Shown: piece after piece, positions 35,594 to 47,123 of the stretch | How positions within the stretch are numbered: position 1 is the first letter of the stretch | How the letters are laid out: each line of letters starts with the position of its first letter | Assembly (NCBI RefSeq): GCF_006345805.1 | Contig: NC_043000.1 | Location: 7,998,001-8,062,000, forward strand | Length of the DNA stretch: 64,000 nucleotides | From: Octopus sinensis | Lineage: Eukaryota | Direction: 5' to 3' | The notes under the pieces: model-generated | What the model was told of the DNA's origin: nothing | The model's database searches: none | Seen by the model: only the letters and a program-made list of their open reading frames with translations | Translations under genes and position numbers: made by a program

Positions 35594-36390
35594 ATATATA
35601 TATATATATACACTTGCTTAAAAGCTAGCTCCTATGGAGAGCTCTTCATTAGGCCTTGGGCCCAATAATGACACTTCATGCATTGAGTACATATTCAATT
35701 TTATTAAACTTGAACTATATTTTTCAAGCAATGAACAATTTTCATCAAAACAATGATATAATTTGTTGACTTGGAACTTATTGCAAAGCTGTATGATAAA
35801 CAACAGTACCACCACCACCATCGCCACCACATCTGCCATACACATACCATACAGACTTCTGATTCCACCACCATCAATACCTTTCACTTTGCCACCTTCC
35901 CCTCCATCACGATCACAACTGTTTTTCACATTGCTTACTCTCACTTCATTCCTCACCCCCTTGGCTACTACCAACACCTCTGCCTATATCACAACTGTAC
36001 CTCATACTATTACTATCACCCCATTACCATCACAAAAGAGTTTAATGTGTGTGTTCCTTCAGTATGTTACTTCAGTGGTCAGTCTCTCTTTCTCTCACAT
36101 ACCCACTCTTTCTCTTTCTCTCTCTCTCTCTCTCTTATTATTACTCCCGCTGCCACCATCAACTCAACTACTTTTAATAAACTCTTCCTAAATTGCTTTG
36201 TCTCTCTTTCTCTCTCTTTTTCTTTCTTTCTCTCTTTCTGTCTCTCTCTGTCTTTGCCACTACCCTCACCATCTCTACGCCTACTATTACTCTCACCCCA
36301 AAATGAGCAATAGTAGGGGTGTCAATGAATAATGGGAAAGGGGGTCGAAGTGTGACAAACTGACACACAGAAATGACTTTTTGCATTTAT

Positions 36391-36425
<35 letters not shown>

Positions 36426-36602
36426 ATTATATATAATTATCAACAACAGAAGCAGTATTAATACCAAAACACGATCTTTATATCCATCTTAATGTGAATG
36501 TTTTGTTAAAATGCCAAATATTGCTGTATGCACCTTAAAAGTATTTCTCATATGGCTGCATGGTGCATAAAAGCACACGCATTGATAGCAGAGAAGCATC
36601 AC

Positions 36603-36668
36603 CTGCCATAGGCAATGGAACTGTAGGAACATGTCGTATTCTAATGACTGAAGGAAGATCAGTTATAG
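36603..36668 (-). CDS. Candidate 66-nt symmetric (phase 1-1) host exon, product unknown
   Basis: CTTCCCTTTGTAATTAATTCAG acceptor and CAG|GTGATG donor; reads AITDLPSVIRIRHVPTVPLPMA inside ORF 36535-36804; no homology recognised. Confidence 0.2.
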
Positions 36669-36826
36669 CTGAATTAATTACAAAGGGAAGTACTTCAGAA
36701 ATCCAAGTATGATCCAGTAGGCTTAATAGAAGCCTCACAGAGTGAATAATAATCATGGAAATGAGGAATAGAGGTGTTGAAAGTGATGTTATAATCAGTT
36801 TCATAAACGAATGCTCTTTATTTCAT

Positions 36827-37219
36827 ACTAGCAGTATCGCTTGGCGTTGCTCGGGTTTGTTTCGACCCTTTAGAATTAGAATTTTTGAAAAGTAAAAATT
36901 TTGCATTATGTAGCTTGTTATTCTCTTTAAGTGAACATTTTTCTGGTTGAAATACACTGACAAATGGCGACACAGCAGTCAAAAAGTCGTTAAAAATAGG
37001 GATTTTCATAGAAAAAAAAGCACCTTTTTGATGTAAATAACTTTTGGTGTTAACATGGTCTGATTTGAATTTTTCTTCTACGGAAGGAAGAGCAAGCCTT
37101 CTATCTTACTCTCAATTTTGGTCAACTTGCACTGCAGGGTCTCAGGAGATAGTGTTAGTTGAAGGCTACCAAACCTGCCACACACAGACAGACAACTTCA
37201 GCTTTATATATAAAGAGAG
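36827..37219 (+). mobile_element. Non-autonomous Helitron-like element (Lep1/DINE-like)
   Basis: Starts ACTAGCAGTATCGC..GGCGTTGCTCGGG and ends CACACAGACAGACAACTTCAGCTTTATATATAAAGAG, resembling the termini of short rolling-circle elements; no TIR or TSD seen. Confidence 0.55.
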
Positions 37220-37604
37220 TACATGTAAAGTTATATAAAGTTATATAATACATACAAACTATGCAACATGTGCCATAATATTATTGTTCATTCAAATCTT
37301 CAGAGCTTATGTAACTTTATAAATGATATGGAAAAAGCAGCATTTGTTGACAGAAACAATTCTAATATTGATTTCTTTGTCTCATTTAAATTATTACACA
37401 TATATACCCCCACACACACGAGGGAGTGTTGAAAATTCCTGGCTTTAGATAACGGAAAATACAGGAAGATCTGTTAATTACAATTTTATTTCTATTCTCA
37501 ATTCCCACACTTATTACTGTGGTCTTTCAGTTTATCTAAGCCTTGTAAAAGAACACAGAAGGTTTTCAGCTTCCCCTCATGGTATAATTCTGATTTTATT
37601 TATT

Positions 37605-37905
37605 CATTTATACACCCTTTTCAAGCCTAGCCAGGCTCATGGGTCCAGTTTCTTGGTTTCTGTGGCGTATGTGTTCCCTCCAGCTGGACGGGATGCCAGT
37701 CCATCACAGCATTATGCAAGAAACTGGAAGAAAGAGTGAGAGAAAGTTGGGGCGAAAGAGTACAACAGGGGTAGGCCCCCCCCCCTCATGGATCTTTAGG
37801 TGTTTTCGCTCAATAAACACACACAACACCAGGTCTGGGAATTGAAACTGTGACCCTCCGACCGCGAGTTCGCTGCCCTAACCACTGGGCCATTGCGCCT
37901 CCGAA
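37605..37905 (-). mobile_element. tRNA-derived SINE, S3 head + tail X variant
   Basis: Reverse strand GGAGGCGCAATGGCCCAGTGGTTAGGGCAGCG head; tail GGACTGGCATCCCGTCCAG...GAAACC..GAAACTGGACCCATGAG. Confidence 0.85.
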
Positions 37906-38639
37906 ATAATAACCTTGAAATATGTATCAAAGAGTTTCATACCGTTACTGGCTACCACATGTCATTTTACAGCAGAATATTTTCCAAGGCTGCATGAACA
38001 TGTGGGACTCCACTATTAAATAGGATTAAAATAAGAATAACAAAAGATGAGGGTGGAAAATACCAGCCTTCAATACCAAATCAAACATTAGTTTCTGCAC
38101 TGAACACCAGCTTTAAGTTAATGAGTTTACACATATATATGGCATTATATAAGATTATTCTTTAGAATTATTATATAATTAAATATTTTTCAACAACAGC
38201 TGTGTGTAGGTACTTCTTCAGGTTGAATGTGATGGGCTTCTTTCAGTTTCCTAAACCTACTTACAAATCCCTGTGCTGTAGCAGATGACACTTGCCCTAG
38301 GTGTCATTCAAGGGAACTGAATACAGAACCATGTGGTTAGAAAGTAAACTTCTTACCACATAACCATGCTTGTGCAGATGAAAAGATAAAAAAAAAATAA
38401 AGAGTGAGAGATAAATAAAAACCATGACCAGGGAAATATATTCTGGGTGTGCTTGGTGTGCACTGCACACCCATCAGAAATGGCAAATTCATTATAAATA
38501 TTAACCTTACTTGTTACTTTAATCACAAATCTTATTGGAAAACTTTTGTAGCCCTGCATGAAATTTGGTGGAATTGGGTGTGGCAACACACCCAACACAA
38601 CAACCACCACGTGCTAATGTCTATAACAACTGATAGCAT

Positions 38640-38803
38640 TTAACCTGGCCATGCTGGAGCACTGCCTTTAGCCGAGCAAATGGACCGCAAGACTTATTCT
38701 TTGTAAGCCTAGTACTTATTCTATTGGTCTCTTTTGCCGAACCGCTAAGTTACGGGGACGTAAACACACCACTGTCAGTTGTCAAGCGATGTTTGGGGGA
38801 CAA

Positions 38804-38836
<33 letters not shown>

Positions 38837-38995
38837 TATATACAACGGGCTTCTTTCAGTTTCCATTTACCAAATCCACTCACAAGGCTTTGGTCAGCCC
38901 AAGGCTATGTTAGAAGACACTTACCCAAAGTGCCACACAGTGGGACTGAACCCAGAACCATGTGGCTGGTAAGCAAGCTACTTACCACACAGCCA
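38640..38995 (-). mobile_element. SINE S1, full length
   Basis: Reverse complement of S1 with an internal (CA)n/(TA)n tract. Confidence 0.9.
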
Positions 38996-39297
38996 CCCCA
39001 ACGCCTGATTAATTTGTTTGATTAATTCAGAACAATGTAAATGAATAAGCATTACATTTGACAGAGTTATCTGAATGCTGAAGAGTTAAACTTGTTTTCT
39101 GACTTGCAATGGACTCTCCCAACATTTGGATTTGGATCCATTGTCATGTGATTTTCAACTTTGAAACTTCTCAAAATAGCATTGTGTTCTTGCAACTGAT
39201 AATTCTTCTTGTTTGCATCACAGTTCTATCTTGGCAACCATCCTCTTCGTATCCACATTGCTGATCCAAATTTAAAATGTCTTTATACCTAACCTGT

Positions 39298-39630
39298 GAA
39301 GGTGCATCGCTCAGTGGTTACAGTGTTCAGCTCACAATTATGAGGTGGTGAGCTCGATTCCAGGACCGGGCTGTGTGTTGTATTCTTGAGCAAGATACTT
39401 TATTTCACGTTGCTCCAGTTCACTAGAAATGAGCTGTGACGTCACAGGTGCCAAGCTGTATTGGCCTTTGTCTTTCCCTTGGACAACACTGGTGGTGTGG
39501 AGAAGGGAAGCTGGTATGCATGAGCGACTGCTGGTCTTCCATAAAAACAACCTTGCCTGGACTCGTGGCTCAGAGGGTAACTTTCTAGGTGCAATCCCAT
39601 GGTCATTCATGACTGAAGGGGGTCGCACCA
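39298..39630 (+). mobile_element. tRNA-derived SINE, S4 head + tail Z
   Basis: Matches 8635-8975. Confidence 0.85.
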
Positions 39631-39812
39631 TCATCGTATACTTAACCTTCACTGTGCAAATAAAAAAAAAGAGACTGATAGAATAAGTACTAGGCTTACA
39701 AAGAATAAGTCCTGGTGTTGATTTCTTCAGCTAAATGTGGTGCTCCAGCATGGCCGCAATCAAATGATTGAAACAAGTAAAAGAGTAAAAAGAGTATATA
39801 TATATGTGTGTG

Positions 39813-39847
<35 letters not shown>

Positions 39848-40607
39848 GTATACACACACACACATACATACGTACATACATACATACATGCAAAACGAGA
39901 GAAAGTAAACAGTGGAGACTTTCAGACAATGAATATTTAAGAATAAATATATAGATATTTATATTAATAGATTGAACTTATATGCAGAGAACAAATGTCA
40001 GATAAAATTGAATGGGGGAAGAAAAGTGTTTTACTGAGTCGTTGCCTTGACTTCATATGATAGTTGTAAACATCAGTAATCATCATACAAGCCATGCCCT
40101 TCATTTCTAATCTTCCATGGAAACATGACTGATCATAGCAAATATCTTATTTAGAAACAGGAGAAGGTTGGCAACAGGAAGAGCATCTGGCTGTAGAAAA
40201 ATCTACCTCAACAAATTCTGTCTGACCCATACGAGCATGGAAAAAAAATGAACGTTAGAAATATGAATATGATGATAATGATGATGATACCTGGTACAAA
40301 CAAAGTTGAATAATTTCTGCTATGATTCCTTTTGTAATCTTCCTTTCTTTGCCAAATATATTTTCTTAGATATTCATTTCTGAAACAATCCCATTTCATC
40401 AACATTTACAATTTGTTTATCAACATCACAAACATCATCAATAATGTTTTTTCAGTTTGGTTTGTTATCTTTCTGAGCTAAGGTGTGTCTCAGGTAGAGA
40501 CATATAGTCGTGGATAACAACCATGAGAAGGATGAGTGCTGCAAAGCTAACTTATAAATCTGTGTGTGTGTGCATGTGTATATGTATGTGTGTACATATG
40601 TATGCAT

Positions 40608-41430
40608 TATTATGGCTGCCCCCTCGTTATCGAGTATGGCCATTGCATGAAGCTTAACTGTTACTGGTGCTGTGATCGAATGTGACTTTTTAGCCCAACC
40701 AAAGATCTACAATGTCTTGTACAGAATTGGCAACTAAGACCTTTACCGGTAATAGCCGGCTGTAGTTGTAACTGGGCTTCATGTACCTTTGCATGTCGTT
40801 TAAGTCCTCCTGCCGAATTACACCCTCTTCTACATGCCCGACAGATATGATTAGTATGGTGTGCTACACCACCACTAGTGGCCAGGTTGTCACTCATCTG
40901 TCTCGCTTTATGACTACTAAGATGACTCTTGAGTCCAGCTTTACTGAGGCAGGGTCTTGCACAGACACTGCATATCAGCATCATTGGAAGACCCTTCCCA
41001 TCTGGAAGTGTAACAGCGATGCCCTACCTCACATCCCTCCTTACTTTCTCATGTGCAACTCGAGATTTCTCAAACATGGCTGTCCCCTCGTGCACAATCC
41101 TTCTCCACCTGCTACAATCAATAGCTATGCTTTCCCATGTGTCAGAACATGCATTCTCAGAAAATAATGAACCTATTCACTGATGACTGAACTGCTCTTA
41201 GGTTTACAATAAAACTGAAGTGATGAGTGCACCTGCTCCAGGAAAAACATATAACCACTTTCATCTTTATCATAATCATCAATAAAGTTGAGTTTGACCA
41301 CATTCATTTGTCCAAGGAACCAGATTTGTTGTACTCAATTCTCTTATGTAAACTGGGATTTTGAAATCCACATGATGATTCAGAAGCCTTCGGTTGCATT
41401 TGGGACACTAGTGAGTCATGATGACAACAA
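40608..41430. mobile_element. Second RTE family: 3' end with three C2H2-type fingers (minus) joined to an inverted upstream fragment (plus)
   Basis: Minus 41150-40661: DTWESIAIDCSRWRRIVHEGTAMFE...CSVCARPCLSKAGLKSHLSSH...CRACRRGCNSAGGLKRHAKVH...CQFCTRHCRSLVGLKSHIRSQH. Plus 41150-41430: degraded K.EVMSAPAPG...KPSVAFG post-RT segment. Confidence 0.8.
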
Positions 41431-41509
41431 TGAGACCAGAAGCCACACTGGATCAGTCATTGCCCAAGTCAACATCAAAGAGTGGACAGGCCTCAATTTC
41501 ACTAACACA

Positions 41510-41810
41510 CAGGGTAAAGGGTAAAGGGCAAAAATATGTTCCTCTCCGAGGCACAAATCTGGGCAAGGTTGCTTATGGAAGACAAGCATACCCATGCATA
41601 CCACCGATGTTATCCAAGGGAAAGGCAAAAGGGGCCAATACAGCTTGGCCCCAGTGATGTCACAATTTATTTCTACAGCTGAGCGAACTGGAGTAATGTG
41701 AAATAAAGTGTCTCGTTCAAGGACTCAACACACAGCATGGTCCAAGAATTGAACTCACTACCTCATGATTGTGAGCCAAATGCTCTAACTGCTGAGCTAT
41801 GCACTTACAC
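41510..41810 (-). mobile_element. tRNA-derived SINE, S4 head + tail Z variant
   Basis: Reverse complement includes GTGACATCACTGGGGCCAAGCTGTATTGGCC...CCCTTGGATAACATCGGTGG. Confidence 0.75.
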
Positions 41811-42304
41811 ACGCTAACCCACAGAAGCAGCAGGAAACTGAGAGGTGATGAAGTATGGTTGTGAGATCATCAATGAGTGCTCCAACAACAACATGGCCAA
41901 CGGATAGAAAGGAGGAGAGGATGAAAGGAGGGAACGAAAGAAAGAAGGAAGGAAGGCAGGAGAGAAAGGAGGAAGGAAGGGAAGCTGTCTTGCTGCCATG
42001 CTATCATTCACACAACCACTCCCCCCCCCCTTATAATCATAAATATGAATTCTGATTACTTTTTAAACCTGTTGAACCAACCAGAAAGTGATTTGTTAGT
42101 TTTCTCCTTATTGTCGCCATTCAACTGCTGTGTGTGTATCGTAAACTGCAATAAATTGATTTCATATTTGTATTTGTGCAGCTTGAACTTTGATGGCAAA
42201 CTACCAGTTACATAAAATCAAGAAATACAGTATCCAGACACACAACAAGTGGAATAGTCCTATACATTTTAAATATGTATCTCTGTCTTATATAATATAT
42301 ATAT

Positions 42305-42630
42305 ATATCACCGTGATCACCGTGACCAACCAGGCTATCAGATGTTGCTACACATCGCTGGTCACAATGCGCTTGGCATTGTTTTAGCCTTCAAATGACG
42401 CCACCCCGCTGGCTAAGCGAGCAGGCCAACAGAAGAAAGAGTGAGAGAAAGTTGTTGCGAAAGAGTACAGCAGGGATCACCATCACCCTCTACCGGAACC
42501 TCGTGGAGCTTTAGGTGTTTTCGCTCAATAAACACTCACAACGCCCGGTCTGGGAATCGAAACTGTGATCCTACAACCGCGATCCTACAACCGCAAGTCC
42601 GCTGCCCTAACCACTGGGCCATTGCGCCTC

Positions 42631-42635
<5 letters not shown>
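42305..42635 (-). mobile_element. tRNA-derived SINE, S3 head + tail Y
   Basis: S3 head as at 37905; tail GTTGGCCTGCTCGCTTAGCCAGCGGGGTGGCGTC as at 6330-6470. Confidence 0.88.
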
Positions 42636-42673
<38 letters not shown>

Positions 42674-42728
42674 TAAGTAAATCATAAATCTGAAAGAGAA
42701 ACACACTATAAGTTATAGAACAGTAGAG

Positions 42729-42926
42729 TAATTAGTTAAGGATAGTTATGGCTGGTTTATGGGGTTACCTAGGGTTTCACGTCCATAAAGTGCTTAGCTT
42801 TACAGCATCTTTTCAAACCCTAATCTCTCACAACAACATATCAGAGACGTTGTAAAGCTATGTGCTTTATGGATGTGAAACCCTGGGTAACTCCATAGAC
42901 TGGCCATAACTATCTTTATCTAATTA
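42729..42926. mobile_element. Hairpin MITE-like element (about 80-bp arms, about 40-bp spacer)
   Basis: TAATTAGTTAAGGATAGTTATGGC...GGGTTTCACGTCCATAAAG...AGCTTTACA mirrored by TGTAAAGCT...CTTTATGGATGTGAAACCC...GCCATAACTATCTTTATCTAATTA. Confidence 0.82.
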
Positions 42927-43049
42927 TATATATTCTTTTATTCTTTTATTTGTTTCAGTCATTTGACTGCGGCCATGCGGGAGCACCGCCTTTAGTTGAA
43001 CAGATTGACCCCCAGGACTTATTCTTTGTAAGCCTAGTACTTATTCTAG

Positions 43050-43885
43050 TTATTATTCTGGACTAGTTCTGTAGCTTGCCAACAGATGGCAGCACACGGT
43101 TGCATGAGCAGTGAGAGCTAGCAGTGACCTTCATGAGATAATGTGCTGAGTGACATTGCCTTGTCTATTTCACAAGTTGTGAAATTTGTGTTTTTGTGAT
43201 CACATGTATGGTATTGTCTGCAATTTTGACATGGACAGAAAGTTGGAACAAAACCCAACGTGAAGTCTGCTATAGAGATATTGAGCAAGCTTTGGCAAGC
43301 TTATGGTGATGAGGCAATGAGTAGTATGCAATGTTTTGAGTGGCACAGGCACTTCGAAAGCAGAAGAATTTGCCTGGAAGACGATAAGTAATCTGGAAGA
43401 CCTGCCACGAGTGTGGAAGAATTCCTCAGCTCATGCATGAAGATCATCAGAGGACAATCAACAATGTTTGAAGCATTTGAGGGAAGGATATTTGGTGAAA
43501 GTGACCAGATCTGTGGAGTGCGTAGACCTGTGTCACTGGGCTCTCCTCATGTGTGAGTTTCTTGCTAAAAACTACTTGGTATTGCTTCCACACCCATCCT
43601 ATTTGCCAGATTTAGCACCTGCTGACTTCCATCTTTTCCCCAAAATGAAAATGCAGCTCAAAGATTGCCATTTTAACGCTGTTGTCAAGATCCGGAGTGA
43701 ATTGCAGAGGTTCCTCGACTCACTTATAGAAAACAACTTCCAGATCAGATTCCCAAAGTGGCAGGAATGCTGGGACTGGTGTATTGTGCAAACTGACTAT
43801 TTCAAAGGAGATGATGTCAAAACTTAGGTGAGTAAGTTGTTTTTTCTTAAACATAACTAATCCAAGAACGTTTTAATGCCAGATA
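43050..43885 (+). mobile_element. Degraded, internally deleted mariner
   Basis: MDRKLEQ...YGDEAMS..QCFEWHRHF...SGRP and LLPHPSYLPDLAPADFHLFPKMK...W..C...DYFKGD. Confidence 0.8.
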
Positions 43886-43909
43886 TATATTTTGATACCA
43901 AATATATAT

Positions 43910-44043
43910 TTCTTTACTACCCACAAGGGGACAAACAAAGACAGACAAAGGGATTAAGTCGATTACATCGACACCGGTGCATAACTGGTACTTAATTTAT
44001 CGACCCCAAAAGGATGAAAGGTAAAGTCAACCTTGGTGGAATT
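43910..44043 (-). mobile_element. 5'-truncated S2 SINE with 20-bp TSD
   Basis: TTTTGATACCAAATATATAT at 43890-43909 and 44044-44063. Confidence 0.88.
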
Positions 44044-44389
44044 TTTTGATACCAAATATATATATGCATTTCCAGCACTTTTGTGTCACATGTAAAAGAT
44101 TTCAAGCACATGCTTAATATTTGCCTTGGACACGTCTAGTGAAATGAGTTTAGCAGGTAGGTGGTGAGGCAAGCACCATAAATACAAAACTTGGTGGACA
44201 GTTTCAATTTCTGGTCCCAGCCTGACTAGATTTAAGTCTCAAATGCAACTGAAGCCTCCTGAATCATCATGTGGATTTCAGAATCCCAATTTATGTAAAA
44301 GAAATCAGTACATCAAGTGTGGTTCCTTGGAGAAATGAAAGGGGTCGAACTCATGCCAGCATGGAATATGAATGTTAAATGTTGATGGT

Positions 44390-44525
44390 TATGATGAAGA
44401 TGAAAGTAGTGATATACCTTTCCTGGAGCAGGTGTATTCATCACTGAACTTTTATTGCAGACCTGAGAGCAGTTCAGACACAAGTGAATAGGTTCACTAT
44501 TTTCTGAGAATGCATTTTCTGTGTG
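44390..44525 (-). mobile_element. Short RTE fragment homologous to about 41150-41270
   Basis: Reverse strand GCATTCTCAGAAAATAGTGAACCTATTCACT...ACACCTGCTCCAGGAAAG. Confidence 0.7.
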
Positions 44526-44584
44526 AACCAAAAGAAGACAATTGTTAGCATACAACAAATGGTAAACTACAGTTATAAAGATAT

Positions 44585-44961
44585 CTGATATGTATGTAAG
44601 GATGCATGTTTGTATGTAAGTATGTATGTATGTATGTATGTATGTATGTATGTATGTACGTATGTATGTATGTACGTATGTAGGTATGTATGTATGTATG
44701 TACATATGTAGGTATGTTTGTATGTATGTTAGTATGTATGTACATATGTATGTATATATGTATGTATGTATGTATGTATATGTAAGTATGTATGTATGTA
44801 TATATGTATGTATGTTTGCATGTTCATACGTATGTATGTAAATATGTATTATGTATGTATATGTGCGTATACACACATACACACATACATATACATATAC
44901 ATACACACACACAAATTTATAAGTATATATATATATAGGTATGTGTATGTATGCATGTATG

Positions 44962-44999
<38 letters not shown>

Positions 45000-45290
45000 A
45001 ACACGTATAATAATATATATATATATATAATTATACATATAATATATATATATATATAGAATTATACATATATATTATATATATATATATATAGATTATA
45101 TATATATAGATATATATATATATATATACTAATACAATTGTTCGTTTGTTTTCCACCTGCCTTCGTCTTTTGTCTATTTTCATAAAGCTTCCCGTTATAT
45201 ATATATATATATACATACATGCGAACTCATATATATGTATAAATACACATGCACACACACACACACACACACACACACGTATATACATAT
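44585..45290. repeat. (TATG)n/(TA)n/(CA)n compound microsatellite
   Basis: Direct reading. Confidence 0.9.
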
Positions 45291-45869
45291 ACATAGTTTG
45301 TATTCACGAATCAATGTTGACTTATTACCTTTTTGTCCTCTACGCTGTTGCTTCCGCTTTCCTTGTATTCTTTGTATTCTTTGTATACGCTGTTTCTGTT
45401 GTGTACAAAATGTCACCATTCCACATTACTTCCTGATGTAACACTGATGGATCTACCACTCCCGTTACTTGTGTTTAATGCCATCGTCTGTGAAATTCAA
45501 TGATAGATAATGCGTTACCATTCTTATAAGCATAACAATGTCAACTAAAGATAACTCATACTATTCCATTCATATAAGATGTGAAGCCATAAAATCCACT
45601 CAGTAATGCAATGCAAAGCTGGGAAAAAAAATATATCTTTATTTGATATTTTGTTTGGAATTGAAAATGTTTGAAATGTGTAGTGAACTTTGCAATTTGT
45701 CAATTCTAGATTAGGAGCGGTTAAAGCAGAAATATTGAATAAATGTATTTTCATTGAGTTTTCTATAGTTAAACAGTGAATTTTTATTCTTTATCTATTT
45801 AATATACTGAAATGATAAGGTTTAAAAAAAAAAGACCAAACCTGAGTCAAACCAAAACAATAATGATGA

Positions 45870-46045
45870 TGATTTCAAATTTTGGCACAAGGCCAGCAAT
45901 TTGGGGAAAGGGAGTAAGTTGATTACATCAATCCAAGTGATCAACTGGTTCTTATTTTATCGACCCGAAACGAAGGAAAGACAAAGTTGACCTTGGAGGA
46001 ATTTGAACTGAAAAACATAAAAATGGATGAAATGCTGTTAAGCAA
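45870..46045 (-). mobile_element. SINE S2
   Basis: TTTTGGCACAAGGCCAGCAA...TATCGACCC...GGAATTTGAACT. Confidence 0.75.
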
Positions 46046-46614
46046 ATCCAACACAGAAACCATAAATTTATTACTTATAAACTACAATATGGAAATACTG
46101 TTTCACAACTTTATCTTCTTGTAGTAGAGGAATTTAGTTAAGATGAAATTTCTTAAACTCACTTTGACAGTTTTAATGGATTTAGCACTACTAAACATTT
46201 CAATGACAGTTTTATGATTTTTTTCAAACTCTTGGAAAATTTAATTTCTTGAAAGAGAAAGAAAAAAGAGTAATAATGATATACAACAATTTTTATGCAG
46301 GATTTCCTCAAGACATGGAATGTATTTCAAGGATTCCCTGAGAGTAAAAAAGTTTGGAAACATTGATATAATGTAATATTATATGATATATTATATGATA
46401 TGATATGATACGATATGGTACAATATGATATATTATGTTATACATACATACATATATACGTATAATCTAACAATTTGTGAACATCAAAACATTGAAGTGG
46501 AAAAAAATTATCAAAAAAGTTCTTCATTTTTCAAATGCACACACACACACTCACACACACACACATACAGGCATGCACACACACACATGCACACATGTAC
46601 ATGCACACACACAC

Positions 46615-46880
46615 ACAAGGTGCATTCCAGAATTTTCAAGACTTTTTCAGAAGAGACATTAATATCAAAGATGTACAAAACTCTAATCTTCTTCAAAGTA
46701 GGATTCTCTCACTTCAATGCACTTATTGTAGGGCTCCAGTCATTTCTTTTTTTGTGAAGGCCCCATGGAAATCTTCCCAAGTGAAGGTATCCAGGTCTCT
46801 TGTAACAGTCTCTGTCATTTTCTTCAGCTTCGAGGACAACCAAAAGGTGTAGGGAGCAGGTCTCAACTGTAGGAAGGTTG
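46615..46880 (-). mobile_element. Mariner 3' fragment
   Basis: PAPYTFWLSSKLK...TVTRDLDTFTWEDFHGAFTK resembles the LAPCDFWLFPKLK...F..W mariner C terminus. Confidence 0.6.
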
Positions 46881-46892
46881 AGGGATAGTTTT

Positions 46893-47123
46893 TTATCATT
46901 TCTTTATTGCTCACAAGGGGCTAAACATAGAGGGAACAAACAAGGACAGACAAATGGATTAAGTCGATTACATCGACCCCAGTATGTAACTGGTACTTAA
47001 TTTATCGACCCTTGAAAGATGAAAGGCAAAGTCGATCTTGGTGGAATTTGAACTCAGAATGCAGTAGTGGATGAAATACCCCAAAGTATTTCGCCCAGTG
47101 TGCTAACATTTCTGTCAGCTCGC
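46893..47123 (-). mobile_element. SINE S2 with 12-bp TSD
   Basis: AGGGATAGTTTT at 46881-46892 and 47124-47135. Confidence 0.88.

Noticed and set aside
40661-40984. Host C2H2 zinc-finger gene exon
   Set aside because: Directly continuous with an RTE C-terminal coding segment and followed by an RTE-like 3' end; lacks TGEKP linkers.
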